DNA of 64,000 nucleotides from positions 994 through 64,993 of the forward strand of contig CAYPJE010000014.1 of NCBI GenBank assembly GCA_964410945.1, given 5' to 3'. Made by a program: the position numbers and the translations under genes. The stretch's first letter is position 1. Every line of letters starts with the position of its first letter. This stretch comes from an uncultured bacterium (GTDB lineage: Bacteria > Fidelibacterota > Marinisomatia > Marinisomatales > TCS56). The notes under the pieces were generated by a model. That model had not been told where the DNA came from and did not search any database. It saw only the letters and a list, made by a program, of their open reading frames with translations. This document shows, in pieces, positions 35,317-44,439 of this stretch.

Positions 35317-36939
35317 TTAACGTCTGGAGGAGCGGTCGTACCGGCGTTTGCCGATTGATTTATAACCATGTTTTTTGCGGGCAACAACTTTAAGCCGGAC
35401 CTCATCGATCATACCAGATAAGGCATCAGGTCCATCATCGTTTGCTGCGTCTGGATATCCCAGTAATTGATCCTTAAGAACCTGCAAATCTTTGTTTAGT
35501 TTTTCAGGCCATAGTAGGTATCCATTTTCCATCAAGGGTTCGAGCCCTTCGATTCGAGCTTCTTTTTTCAGGACATTATTTTTTGGCTTAATTGGCAGGG
35601 GGAATCCAAACACTTTTGCTGCATCCTGAAAATCACGCTTACTGACATGAGTGTACTGTCCAAAGTTGTTTTCGATGAAAAATTTTATTAATCCCAGGGG
35701 ACCATATTTTTTATACAAGACATATGTAGCCCGGACCATTGCTGCCAGGCTAGCTCTGCGAACCCACCCATCCACAACATAGTAATACAGGCCATCGCCA
35801 GCTCCAACTACAATCGCTTTAAAGTCAGATGTTTTTGCTTTCCCCAGAGATTGATCGATCCAGCTTGCCCATACCAGGTCCTTGGGTAATTCTTTATAGG
35901 TGGGGAACCATTCCGGTTTAAACAAGATTCCCACCTCAACCGGATTCTGCTGCATTTCCCCTTCAAATGTACCAGTACCTAAATCCTTCGCCAGTTTATC
36001 CAGCTCCTTGAGGGTCATTTTCTCTGGCCACAGAGCGTACCGTTTACCCTTATATCTGATCCAGGAGGGGAAAACATGGGCGGTAATAGTGTTTCTGACA
36101 CGCTTGATTTGATTAACCAGGCTATCGATGTTATTGCGTTTCAGATATGCACCAACCGGTAATGTCTTGGATTGGCAAATCTCTTCCAGGGCATGGTTTA
36201 GAGCTGAGGTCTTGAGTCGGTTATTCCCCACCCATATGATCGGGCCTGCAGCTTTATCCATTGCCAGGAATAGTTCTCCCTTGATCCAGTCCACCTTTTC
36301 CCGTCCGATCCTGATATTCCGGTCAGACCGGCGATTACCGAAGTCATCCACCTCGGCATAGTCCGGACGGTACTGCATGAAGAGAGAACCCACAACCGGG
36401 GTTCCATATGATAGGGGTTCCAGTTTTACAAAATGTGTAAGACCGGTGGCTTTAGAAGTGATCTTGATCCGGACTTCCTTATCATCACGCCTCATGAACT
36501 TGACATCAAAGTCTGATTTTACCCGGGCATTGAATTCCAGTTCTGAAAGCAAATAGGCGATATCATTTTGGGCCAGCTCCAGCTTTTCCGATACTTTCAG
36601 CATATAATGTTTCATGCCATATAGTAAAAATCGCAGCTTCTGAATCCGGAGAATTACCGTTTTTCCATGTTCACGTGGACCTGGTACAATAAATAAATGC
36701 CGTCGAACAAATTCCGTCATAGCAATCAGCATATGGTGGAACCTGGCAAATGGCAGGTCAACGTAATGTGGTGTATAAAGTTTAGCGAAACTGAAAAATG
36801 ATACCTTCCCCTGACTGTAGCGCTCCTGGAGGGATGGATCATCTATATCGCTGAATGGGGTGACATCCTGGCTGAGGCGATCCTGGAACTCCTCAAGTTG
36901 TTTTTGAATGTCCTTTAGACTGGGATTAGTGACCTTCAT
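35317..36939 (-). CDS. Terminase large subunit
   Basis: Walker A-like VPGPREHGKTV. 540 aa. It lies between the small-terminase-like gene and the portal. Confidence 0.75.
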   Translation of the reverse strand: MKVTNPSLKDIQKQLEEFQDRLSQDVTPFSDIDDPSLQERYSQGKVSFFSFAKLYTPHYVDLPFARFHHMLIAMTEFVRRHLFIVPGPREHGKTVILRIQKLRFLLYGMKHYMLKVSEKLELAQNDIAYLLSELEFNARVKSDFDVKFMRRDDKEVRIKITSKATGLTHFVKLEPLSYGTPVVGSLFMQYRPDYAEVDDFGNRRSDRNIRIGREKVDWIKGELFLAMDKAAGPIIWVGNNRLKTSALNHALEEICQSKTLPVGAYLKRNNIDSLVNQIKRVRNTITAHVFPSWIRYKGKRYALWPEKMTLKELDKLAKDLGTGTFEGEMQQNPVEVGILFKPEWFPTYKELPKDLVWASWIDQSLGKAKTSDFKAIVVGAGDGLYYYVVDGWVRRASLAAMVRATYVLYKKYGPLGLIKFFIENNFGQYTHVSKRDFQDAAKVFGFPLPIKPKNNVLKKEARIEGLEPLMENGYLLWPEKLNKDLQVLKDQLLGYPDAANDDGPDALSGMIDEVRLKVVARKKHGYKSIGKRRYDRSSRR

Positions 36940-37015
36940 GCGACCGAATACCCTTTAATTTGGGACTTTTGCAGATTTAAAGGCGATTTGAAGCGATTTA
37001 AACATAGTTCTAGGA

Positions 37016-37462
37016 CTAGTCTGAGTACGTTTTTGCCAGGTCCTGGAGGAATAGCATCATGAACTCAGCTACAGTGGCATGTATTTCAGGTTTCCGGACT
37101 TTCAAAAAACTGGAGAACATATCCATTGCTGTGATGGCGTGAGAAACGAAAACAATCTGTGGGTTGAGCCTGCTAACCAATGACATGAGTTTTGTGATCG
37201 CATCGATCTCTTTATTGTTCATTGGCCGGTTTTCTTCCCGGGCTTTTTTCTGAGTCTCGTTTATATGCCAGCGTAGGTTATTGGCCAGCTCCAGGGATGA
37301 TAACTCTTTACTCAGAGCACCCCGGTTCCATCCTTCCTTATCGATCCAGCGGTATAGAGTAGATTTGCTAACGTCGGTGAGGTTAAGAATTTCATCAACG
37401 GTCTTTCGTTGATAGCAGTACAGATATTCGCATAGTTCCTTTTGGAACGACTCAGTAGCCAT
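37016..37462 (-). CDS. Small terminase-like DNA-binding protein (Mu gp27-like)
   Basis: N-terminal HTH TDVSKSTLYRWIDKEGWN. The position is upstream of TerL. Confidence 0.5.
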   Translation of the reverse strand: MATESFQKELCEYLYCYQRKTVDEILNLTDVSKSTLYRWIDKEGWNRGALSKELSSLELANNLRWHINETQKKAREENRPMNNKEIDAITKLMSLVSRLNPQIVFVSHAITAMDMFSSFLKVRKPEIHATVAEFMMLFLQDLAKTYSD

Positions 37463-37513
37463 GATTTCTCCAGGTTTACCAGGTCAAAGTTCCACCCAAC
37501 TACCCCAATATAT

Positions 37514-37538
37514 TTTTAGATATACGCTATATCTAAAA
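37514..37538. promoter_or_regulatory. 25-bp perfect palindrome in the divergent late intergenic region
   Basis: TTTTAGATATA-CGC-TATATCTAAAA, located between the leftward packaging operon and the rightward head operon. Confidence 0.5.
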
Positions 37539-37579
37539 GAATTGACCGCACATGCGTAGGAATTTCCGACCAGATCATT

Positions 37580-38050
37580 ATGGATTACTGCACTCAAAGC
37601 AACGTTACCGAACGATACGGGACGGCCCGTATTGCCCAGCTAACCGGGGATAAAACCGGAACTACTATCGATGAAACAAAGCTGGCTGGGTTTATTGCCG
37701 ACGTTAGCGTTGTCTTTGACGGGTACGTGGGCAAACAATGCGACCTACCCTTTGATGCTGATAAAATCCCTGGGGTTCTGCGGAAGCTGGCTATTGAGGA
37801 AGTCTTTTTTGAATTAAAGAAAAGCTCCATCTCCGGATCGAATGCCGTATCTGAGTCCCTGCAGAAAATCCACGAAAACACCATGAAGATTCTGCGGGAG
37901 ATTGCCCGTGGGGAATTTACCCTGGGGATCATTGATGAGGATTCCGGGGAACGGGTGGCCAAGCCTCGGCCAACGGTTGCGTTCCGCTCAAACCGTCGAT
38001 TGTTTGGTCGGGATGCTGGATATCAGCAAACATACCCGGAGGCTGAATGA
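37580..38050 (+). CDS. DUF1320 / Mu gp36-like protein
   Basis: N-terminus MDYCTQSNVTERYGTARIAQLTGD...IADVSVVFDGYVGKQCDLPFD fits the gp36 family pattern. Confidence 0.5.
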   Translation: MDYCTQSNVTERYGTARIAQLTGDKTGTTIDETKLAGFIADVSVVFDGYVGKQCDLPFDADKIPGVLRKLAIEEVFFELKKSSISGSNAVSESLQKIHENTMKILREIARGEFTLGIIDEDSGERVAKPRPTVAFRSNRRLFGRDAGYQQTYPEAE

Positions 38051-38493
38051 CCGAATCCATTAAGACCCTGGGCGATCACCTGGTGACCTATTTCAAATCT
38101 GTTAAGGATGAAGGAAACAACTATCCGGCCACGATTGCCAAATATGCCTCGGAGTTATTCAACATCCAGGAGAATGACGAAGTCGGCCTGGCCCTGCCTG
38201 CCTTACTGATTAAGACCAGGTCCGGGAAACTGGCTGATAAGGAAGGTCGCCACCAGGTGGACCTGATCTGTCTGGATGTCAACGAAGCTGGCCAGGTTGC
38301 CCAGAAAGAAACGGTTGAAAAACTGGTGGACTGGGTGATTGATCAGATTCCTACTAATTATTTTATCGATGATAATCCCCGAAGATACTATTTCACCGGT
38401 GAGCTGGATTATAACCTGCCCATGATCAAGGAAAAAGACCAGGCCCCCACCGTGGTTGGAACTGTAACAGTAATTCTAAAGGAACAATTATGA
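38047..38493 (+). CDS. Hypothetical phage structural protein
   Basis: Overlapping start (ATGA) with the gp36-like gene. The call rests on position only. Confidence 0.4.
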   Translation: MTESIKTLGDHLVTYFKSVKDEGNNYPATIAKYASELFNIQENDEVGLALPALLIKTRSGKLADKEGRHQVDLICLDVNEAGQVAQKETVEKLVDWVIDQIPTNYFIDDNPRRYYFTGELDYNLPMIKEKDQAPTVVGTVTVILKEQL

Positions 38494-39527
38494 AAGATGG
38501 CAAGATTGGCGTTCTATACATTTATGATGAGATAAGCCCCTGGGGTGTTACCGCTCAGAGTTTTGCCACTGCCCTACAGGATGCTCTGAATGATGGAGCT
38601 GAGAAGATCGAAGTTTATATCAACTCCCCCGGTGGAGATGTTTTCGATGCCATTGCCATTTATAACAGCCTTAAGGAGCTGGACAATCTGGAAATCATAA
38701 TCATGGGTATGGCTGCCAGTGCCGCCAGTTTCATCGCAATGGCTTCTGATAATGTCAGAATTATGAGCAATGCCCGAATCATGATCCATAATCCCTGGAC
38801 CTGGGCTGCCGGGGATGCTGATTATTTAAGGAAGGTTGAAGAACACCTCCAGGAGCTACAGGATGAGATCATCGGTATTTACCAGGATAAGACTGACCAG
38901 TCCAAAGAACAGATCCAAGAATGGATGAATGAGGAGGAATGGTTTAAAGCTGACAAGGCGGTTGAATATGGCTTTGCCGATGAAGTGGTTAAACCTGGCA
39001 AGCTCCGGAACCTGGTGCGGGGAATATTCAACATTTTTAATCGGGCAGATTTTTCTTTTGATAAACCAAAAAAGGAAACCGAAATGGACGAAATCAAACT
39101 AAAACTCATTTCTTTATTTGGGCTGGCTGCCATGACGGTTGCCAATTCAGTTGAAGATATTATGTCAGCGATCAATAAAAAATGGGCGAAGGCTCAGGAA
39201 AAGATCACTGAATTAACCACCGCCAAGGAAGACTTGGAAACCAAACTCCAGAACGCCCTGGATGAAGCGAAGAAATTCGTGGATGAAAAAATTACTGCCG
39301 TCCTGGATGATGCCGTTTCCGAGGAACGGATTACCGAAGCGGAACGGGCGGTATGGGAACCCCAATTGCGGGAGAACTTTGAGGAGACCATAAAGCTCCT
39401 GGAACAGAAACAGAAAGGCAAGCTCGGTGATGGAATTGAACCTCCGGAACCGGTGAAGAGTGAGGGGGAAACCCTGACAACTCAGGCTGCCAACCTAATT
39501 CGCAATCAAATGAAGGGAGCGAAATAA
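38490..39527 (+). CDS. ClpP-family prohead protease fused to coiled-coil scaffold domain
   Basis: INSPGGDVFDAIAIYNSL...MGMAASAASFIAMASDNVRIMSNARIMIHNPW. C-terminal coiled coil rich in E/K. Confidence 0.8.
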   Translation: MKDGKIGVLYIYDEISPWGVTAQSFATALQDALNDGAEKIEVYINSPGGDVFDAIAIYNSLKELDNLEIIIMGMAASAASFIAMASDNVRIMSNARIMIHNPWTWAAGDADYLRKVEEHLQELQDEIIGIYQDKTDQSKEQIQEWMNEEEWFKADKAVEYGFADEVVKPGKLRNLVRGIFNIFNRADFSFDKPKKETEMDEIKLKLISLFGLAAMTVANSVEDIMSAINKKWAKAQEKITELTTAKEDLETKLQNALDEAKKFVDEKITAVLDDAVSEERITEAERAVWEPQLRENFEETIKLLEQKQKGKLGDGIEPPEPVKSEGETLTTQAANLIRNQMKGAK

Positions 39528-39529
39528 TA

Positions 39530-40456
39530 ATGGATTTACTTCAATTATCAAGTGGAGAACTGGCAACAGTTGCTGTCAAGGCAATGTACTCTAAATCTCC
39601 CCTATTGCCGTTAGTACAATTCTATCCAATGGTCGGCAATGCCGATTATGTCCGCAAGGTAGCCTCAGCCACTGGTGGTCAGTATCGTTCCTTGAACGAT
39701 CCTTACCCCGATAATAAGGTCGATCCGGCTTTTGCGAATCCAACCTTGACGATATTTGGTGATAAGGTGCAGGTCGATCAGGCTCATGAAAGACGAGGTC
39801 GGGATATTGCCAGTGTTCGGGCTGCGGAACTTATCCGGTTTTCAATGAACTTGGGTAAAAATTTCAACTACCAATTCATCAACGGTGATCCGGGGGTGGA
39901 TGCAAAACAGATCACTGGTGTTAAAACCATGATCACCGATCAAATCGTACCGGGTGTACCAACCAACGGCTTGACTGTACTATTGGGTAATTCAGATGCG
40001 GCCAAGACATCGCAACAGCAGTTCCTGGAACTGATCGATGATCTGATTGCAATGCTCAATGGGGCCGATGCATTGGTGATGGATTTTAAAACCATTTCCC
40101 GTATGGGTTCGATTGCTCGAGATTTATGTGAGACTCGTGTTAATGAGTTCGGTGTGCCAATCAAATACTACAACAATGTAGCATTGCTAGATGCCGGTAA
40201 AGATGCCGCTGGCACAAAAACAATCACCCACACCGAGACCTATGGGGCCAATACAGCGACAACTTCTATTTACGGTGCCAAGTTTGGTGAGGAAACTGAT
40301 CTCACAGTTGCCACTAATGTGGGTGTGGAGGCCAAGGACCTTGACCTGGTCGGAAGCCACTACGTCCACCAAGTAGAAATGGATATCGCAACAGCTCTGC
40401 TGGATAACGACGCCATCGGTGTCCTCCCGGGTATTGAAATAGCAACATCTGCTTAG
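39530..40456 (+). CDS. Major capsid protein
   Basis: 308 aa, immediately after the protease/scaffold. The size matches Mu gpT-like capsids. No motif confirmation. Confidence 0.6.
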   Translation: MDLLQLSSGELATVAVKAMYSKSPLLPLVQFYPMVGNADYVRKVASATGGQYRSLNDPYPDNKVDPAFANPTLTIFGDKVQVDQAHERRGRDIASVRAAELIRFSMNLGKNFNYQFINGDPGVDAKQITGVKTMITDQIVPGVPTNGLTVLLGNSDAAKTSQQQFLELIDDLIAMLNGADALVMDFKTISRMGSIARDLCETRVNEFGVPIKYYNNVALLDAGKDAAGTKTITHTETYGANTATTSIYGAKFGEETDLTVATNVGVEAKDLDLVGSHYVHQVEMDIATALLDNDAIGVLPGIEIATSA

Positions 40457-40557
40457 TACCTGCTGTCATGGGAAGAGCTGCCCTGGTTAAACTGGCTACA
40501 ATCGGGGCAGCCGTTCTCCTGACGTTTGTATTTCATTAATAACCTAAAGAGGATATC

Positions 40558-40974
40558 ATGGCAGAAAAAACCTATACAGTTTCAACCCCTAATCCAAAGT
40601 TCAACGGCATTCGTGCCGGTGTCCTGTTTACCGATGGCAAGGGCCAGGCTACCGAGCAGCAAGCCAACCACCTGGTCGGCAATTTCGGGTATTCCTGCGC
40701 TGCCTTAGATGGTAGTAAACCGGAACCCAAAGTGGATAAGCGCCCGTCCGATCCGGAACAGGTGATCCAGGATATTATCAATACGATTCCGGAACTGGGC
40801 CCCGAAGACTTCACCGGTAAGGGATTGCCTAATGTGGGTGCCCTGGAAGATCGGCTTGAATATGGCATCTCGGGAGCTGAGCGGGATACTGCTTTTGCCA
40901 AGTACCAGGAAGCTCAGGGTCCGGATCAGGAACCACCTGTTGCGGATCAGGGAACCGGAGAACAGGACAAATAG
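40558..40974 (+). CDS. Hypothetical head-associated protein
   Basis: ORF with AAAGAGGA upstream. The position is after the capsid gene. Confidence 0.4.
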   Translation: MAEKTYTVSTPNPKFNGIRAGVLFTDGKGQATEQQANHLVGNFGYSCAALDGSKPEPKVDKRPSDPEQVIQDIINTIPELGPEDFTGKGLPNVGALEDRLEYGISGAERDTAFAKYQEAQGPDQEPPVADQGTGEQDK

Positions 40975-41019
40975 GGCCTGTAACAACATTTTTTTACTAA
41001 CTGAAACCAAGAGGTCATT

Positions 41020-41448
41020 ATGGGCGAAGATTATCGCTTGAAAGGTCCATTGAGCATCAATTTCTATGATGGGACACCTGTAACTCCGGTACTCCTTCAC
41101 AATATCCCCGTGGACGTTGTTGAGGTGTTGCCGTTCAAGGTTGAACCTCAAGTAGATGAATTACGCTCAGGGGCCAAGGAAATCACCCACCACAAGGTAA
41201 CTGCCGAAATTCCGTTGGACTCCTACAATCCTTCTGACTTGGGCGATCTGAACACGACAGAATGTGTTGAGGTTACTTTACTGAGCAAAAACAAAGTTGT
41301 TACTCTGGACAAGGCCACCACCTGCGTGAAAGCAATGTCCGTGTATACAAGTTTGGAGGGTCCGGAACCCAAGATTCACATCGATGCAGTCGTTGTGACA
41401 ACGGATGGGGATTGGACCGCTGCTCTGCCAGTTACTGACGTGGCTTAA
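41020..41448 (+). CDS. Hypothetical phage protein
   Basis: ORF with AAGAGG upstream. No motif recognised. Confidence 0.4.
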   Translation: MGEDYRLKGPLSINFYDGTPVTPVLLHNIPVDVVEVLPFKVEPQVDELRSGAKEITHHKVTAEIPLDSYNPSDLGDLNTTECVEVTLLSKNKVVTLDKATTCVKAMSVYTSLEGPEPKIHIDAVVVTTDGDWTAALPVTDVA

Positions 41449-41464
41449 TCCGGAGTAATCCACC

Positions 41465-41620
41465 ATGAGTAATAAGGCTATGATCAGTCCCGGTGGACGG
41501 CGCTGTCTGGTGCCAGAACACCAGGTAGACGGATTGAAAGGACAAGGTTTTAAATTGGCTGAGGAAGCCAAGGAAACCAAGTCCAGCAAATCACCCACCA
41601 CCAAATCAGCCAAGGAATGA
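41465..41620 (+). CDS. Small basic protein (51 aa), below the ORF-track cutoff
   Basis: Translation MSNKAMISPGGRRCLVPEHQVDGLKGQGFKLAEEAKETKSSKSPTTKSAKE. The stop overlaps the next start (ATGATG). Confidence 0.35.
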   Translation: MSNKAMISPGGRRCLVPEHQVDGLKGQGFKLAEEAKETKSSKSPTTKSAKE

Positions 41621-41871
41621 TGCCGGAAACCGTATCAAATCCTAACTGGTTAGCTGTTGTAACCGTCATATTGGGGATCATCAATATTCTGGTGATCCCC
41701 AGTGTTCGTATGGTTTGGAAGTATAACATAGCCACCCGGAAAAAGATTGATGATTTTAAGCTCGAAGTGGCCAAGGACTATTTAACAAAGGTCGATATCA
41801 ACAAACGCTTTGACAAAATCGACGAGAGTTTAAACAAAATCTGGAATAAACTGGAAAAAATCAAGAGGTAG
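41617..41871 (+). CDS. Single-TM protein, holin/spanin-like candidate
   Basis: TM segment WLAVVTVILGIINILVIP followed by a charged coiled coil. It lies upstream of the endolysin. Confidence 0.4.
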   Translation: MMPETVSNPNWLAVVTVILGIINILVIPSVRMVWKYNIATRKKIDDFKLEVAKDYLTKVDINKRFDKIDESLNKIWNKLEKIKR

Positions 41872-41876
41872 TAAGC

Positions 41877-42116
41877 ATGGATTTTTTACCATTAATAATT
41901 GACAACGGGGAAAACATCATGGCCATTATTGGTACCGCTACCACTGCCTTGGGGATAACAGTGCCGTTATTAAAACCTACAACCACCAAGAAGGTGGGAG
42001 TGGCAATCGGTTCTATCGCTAAATCAGCCCTGGGCCAGAAACGCAAGGAACAGACCAGGCGAATGGCCTCTACCGCTGAGCAGCTCTGTGAGGGTATTCT
42101 GGAGGGGATGGAATAG
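41877..42116 (+). CDS. Small membrane protein, holin candidate
   Basis: Hydrophobic IMAIIGTATTALGITVPLL with a basic C-terminus. The stop overlaps the endolysin start. Confidence 0.4.
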   Translation: MDFLPLIIDNGENIMAIIGTATTALGITVPLLKPTTTKKVGVAIGSIAKSALGQKRKEQTRRMASTAEQLCEGILEGME

Positions 42117-42493
42117 TGCCACGTTTCAGCTCAAAATCAAATAAGCTGCTGGCAACAGTTCACCCTGATTTACACAGAATATTTTATGAAGTTGTAAAGG
42201 GGTTCGATTGCACGATTCTTGAAGGCGGACGGACCCCGGAACGTCAGGCTGAGTTAGTCGCCCAGGGTAAATCCAAAACCAAGCACAGCAAGCATATTGA
42301 TGGATTAGCCATTGATGTTGCCCCTTATCCCATTGACTGGAAGGACCGGGAAAGATTTCATTATTTTGGAGGTTATGTGTTAGGGGTGGCCAGTCGTATG
42401 GGGATTAAGCTCCGTTGGGGTGGTGACTGGGATATGGACACCCAGGTAAAAAATAACAATTTTGATGATCTGGTACACTTTGAATTGGTTTAA
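42116..42493 (+). CDS. Peptidase M15 family endolysin (L-Ala-D-Glu / D-Ala-D-Ala peptidase-like)
   Basis: Zn ligand motifs HSKHIDGLAIDV and DDLVHFEL, plus WGGDWD. Confidence 0.8.
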   Translation: MPRFSSKSNKLLATVHPDLHRIFYEVVKGFDCTILEGGRTPERQAELVAQGKSKTKHSKHIDGLAIDVAPYPIDWKDRERFHYFGGYVLGVASRMGIKLRWGGDWDMDTQVKNNNFDDLVHFELV

Positions 42494-42510
42494 CCTGAAA
42501 GGAGTAACGC

Positions 42511-43161
42511 ATGCCAGATGCTAGCAAAGTTCATGTATATGATGATGGGTCATTAAAGAACTCATTTAATGTCGATGGTAGTGGGAATTGGTCTGGTCAA
42601 ATATCAGGCGTTACCGCTGGTGCCAGCGATATAACCGCTAAGGCCGAGGATGCCGCTGGTAATATTTCCTCCCAAACCTTGAAAAAGGTTTATACTGGGA
42701 GCACAACCCTTCCGTCATGCGATCTATTGGATGATTCAGGGGAGAGTAGCACTGATAACATCACTAATGATAACACCCCGCAGGTAAAGGTCAATCTGAC
42801 CCTTGAAAATGAAAATGCTGCAATGGGTGTTAATGTTGCTGAAGCATCAGTAGCAGCGCTACGCCTGCAACATAGTGATGATGGTGGGACGACCTGGAAT
42901 ACAATTGAGGAAAATACCAATCCAAGTTATGCAGCTCCTGCTAATTTCAATTTCACCCATCAAATAACTGCTGGATTGGCCGATGGTGACCACAAGTTCC
43001 GGGCTGCCTGGCAGGATGCTATGGGCAACTGGTCTGCCTATGGTAATGAATTAACTGTCACTATCGATACCACCGCACCGAGTGCTCCGACTGTATCTGA
43101 ACCGGTATCCGGTCAGGTCTACGTTGGGACAGCCATCGACGTTTCCGGAACCGCTTCATAG
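42511..43161 (+). CDS. Ig-like (Big) domain structural protein
   Basis: Repeated V.VY...G.W...A.A.D.AGN.S modules and TIDTTAPSAPTVSEP linkers. The ORF ends with the first strand of another Ig module, then TAG TAG TAG. Confidence 0.55.
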   Translation: MPDASKVHVYDDGSLKNSFNVDGSGNWSGQISGVTAGASDITAKAEDAAGNISSQTLKKVYTGSTTLPSCDLLDDSGESSTDNITNDNTPQVKVNLTLENENAAMGVNVAEASVAALRLQHSDDGGTTWNTIEENTNPSYAAPANFNFTHQITAGLADGDHKFRAAWQDAMGNWSAYGNELTVTIDTTAPSAPTVSEPVSGQVYVGTAIDVSGTAS

Positions 43162-43220
43162 TAGTAGGGAAAGTGTATGGGTACCGGGGATTACCTCCGG
43201 TACCCTACATCAATTAAACT

Positions 43221-43949
43221 GTGCCATTAATAACAATTGATCTTGGAACTGTCGGAGAACAATCTGGTGATACAATTCGGGTAGCATTTACCAGGTGTAA
43301 TAGTGCCATTACCGAATTGAACTCCCATGAGGCCGATACTGCCAATCCTCACAGTGTGGATAAAGCTGATGTTGGCCTTGGTTCTGTGGAAAATTATGGT
43401 ATTGCTACCCAGGCCGAGGCTGAGACAGGGTCTAGTAATGTAAAATATATGACTCCCCTCCGGGTTGCTCAGGCATTGGCATTGTTGGATTTTCTTGATT
43501 TGAGTGAGACAGCTCTCCAAGAGGTGTCGGGTCCTGTGAGTTTCGAGGATGATGTTGATGTTTTAGGTACATTATCGAAATCTGCAGGTTCATTTAGAAT
43601 ACCCCACCCTGATCCGGATAAATCAGATAAAGAGCTATTTCATAGTTTTGTTGAATCCCCGACAGCAGGTGATAATATATACAGGTGGCAGGTAGAAGTT
43701 ATTAATGGCCAGGTTGCGATAGAGTTGCCTTCCTACTACCAACATCTCAATGAAACCGATATGGTGTGGGTCAATCCGGTTAATCACTTTGGCCGGGCAT
43801 TTGGTAATGTCAACCAAGAACAGACCCACCTATTGATAAAAGCAGATTCCGATGGTTTATATAATGTCCTGCTGATTGGTACTCGTAAAGATAAGATTGC
43901 TAAAAAAGCATGGAAGGGTACTGAGCGTGAGGCTACCAAAAAGAGTTGA
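43221..43949 (+). CDS. Tail fibre-like protein
   Basis: Conserved fibre N-terminus ITIDLGTVGEQSGDTIRVAFTRCNSAITELN, then NPHSVDKADVGLGSVENYGIATQAEAETGSSNVKYMTPLRV, then FRIPHPDP...LFHSFVESP. Confidence 0.6.
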   Translation: MPLITIDLGTVGEQSGDTIRVAFTRCNSAITELNSHEADTANPHSVDKADVGLGSVENYGIATQAEAETGSSNVKYMTPLRVAQALALLDFLDLSETALQEVSGPVSFEDDVDVLGTLSKSAGSFRIPHPDPDKSDKELFHSFVESPTAGDNIYRWQVEVINGQVAIELPSYYQHLNETDMVWVNPVNHFGRAFGNVNQEQTHLLIKADSDGLYNVLLIGTRKDKIAKKAWKGTEREATKKS

Positions 43950-44022
43950 GGATTTTACCCGTGGCCATTGCGATCATTTAATCTGGATTATTGACCAAAG
44001 CCACCGATTACTATTCAACGAA

Positions 44023-44439
44023 ATGATCCCTATTAAGGGTTATTATGTAGTTGGTTCTTACTGCTTCAATGTGGATCAGCCCGATGATCTTGACCTGGTT
44101 ATTGTAATTCCTGAATCCTTCCAGAATATAAACCGAATCACCGGAGAAGGCTACTGGCTCGTTAATGGGTTTGCCAGGGTATCGGCAGAACTCAGCCAGT
44201 GCGAAGGTTTCAAGATCAATATCCATGTTACCAATAATTTTTCATCAAAAAACCAAGTTGAGAAATCAGGATTCAAGATTCCTTATTATAACCTGGTGGC
44301 AATGAAGTTGTGGGGTAAATCGCCTGGCGATATCATCCCTTACCATTTCCATTATAACAGAAAAGAACGGGGCTGGATGGCCTTTAATCGTGACAAACGG
44401 ACAAGAGTAAATGGACACCTCAGTTGTAAAAATATATAA
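44023..44439 (+). CDS. Pol-beta superfamily nucleotidyltransferase-like protein (start uncertain, may begin at TTG 43876)
   Basis: GS-x10-DxD signature VVGSYCFNVDQPDDLDLVIVIP. Confidence 0.45.
   Translation: MIPIKGYYVVGSYCFNVDQPDDLDLVIVIPESFQNINRITGEGYWLVNGFARVSAELSQCEGFKINIHVTNNFSSKNQVEKSGFKIPYYNLVAMKLWGKSPGDIIPYHFHYNRKERGWMAFNRDKRTRVNGHLSCKNI

Noticed and set aside
31402-37579. Invertible-segment hypothesis (Gin/Hin-like switching) for the minus-strand block
   Set aside because: No serine invertase gene is present, and no inverted repeats were found at the two boundaries. Only a short direct similarity (CTACCCAAT) was seen.
43159-43170. TAG TAG TAG after the Ig-like gene, considered as a hint of amber stop-codon recoding in late genes
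   Set aside because: TAG terminates several well-delimited late genes (capsid 40456, 40974, 41871, 42116, 46105, 52049). No suppressor tRNA is present, and read-through gives only a short nonsense tail before TAA.
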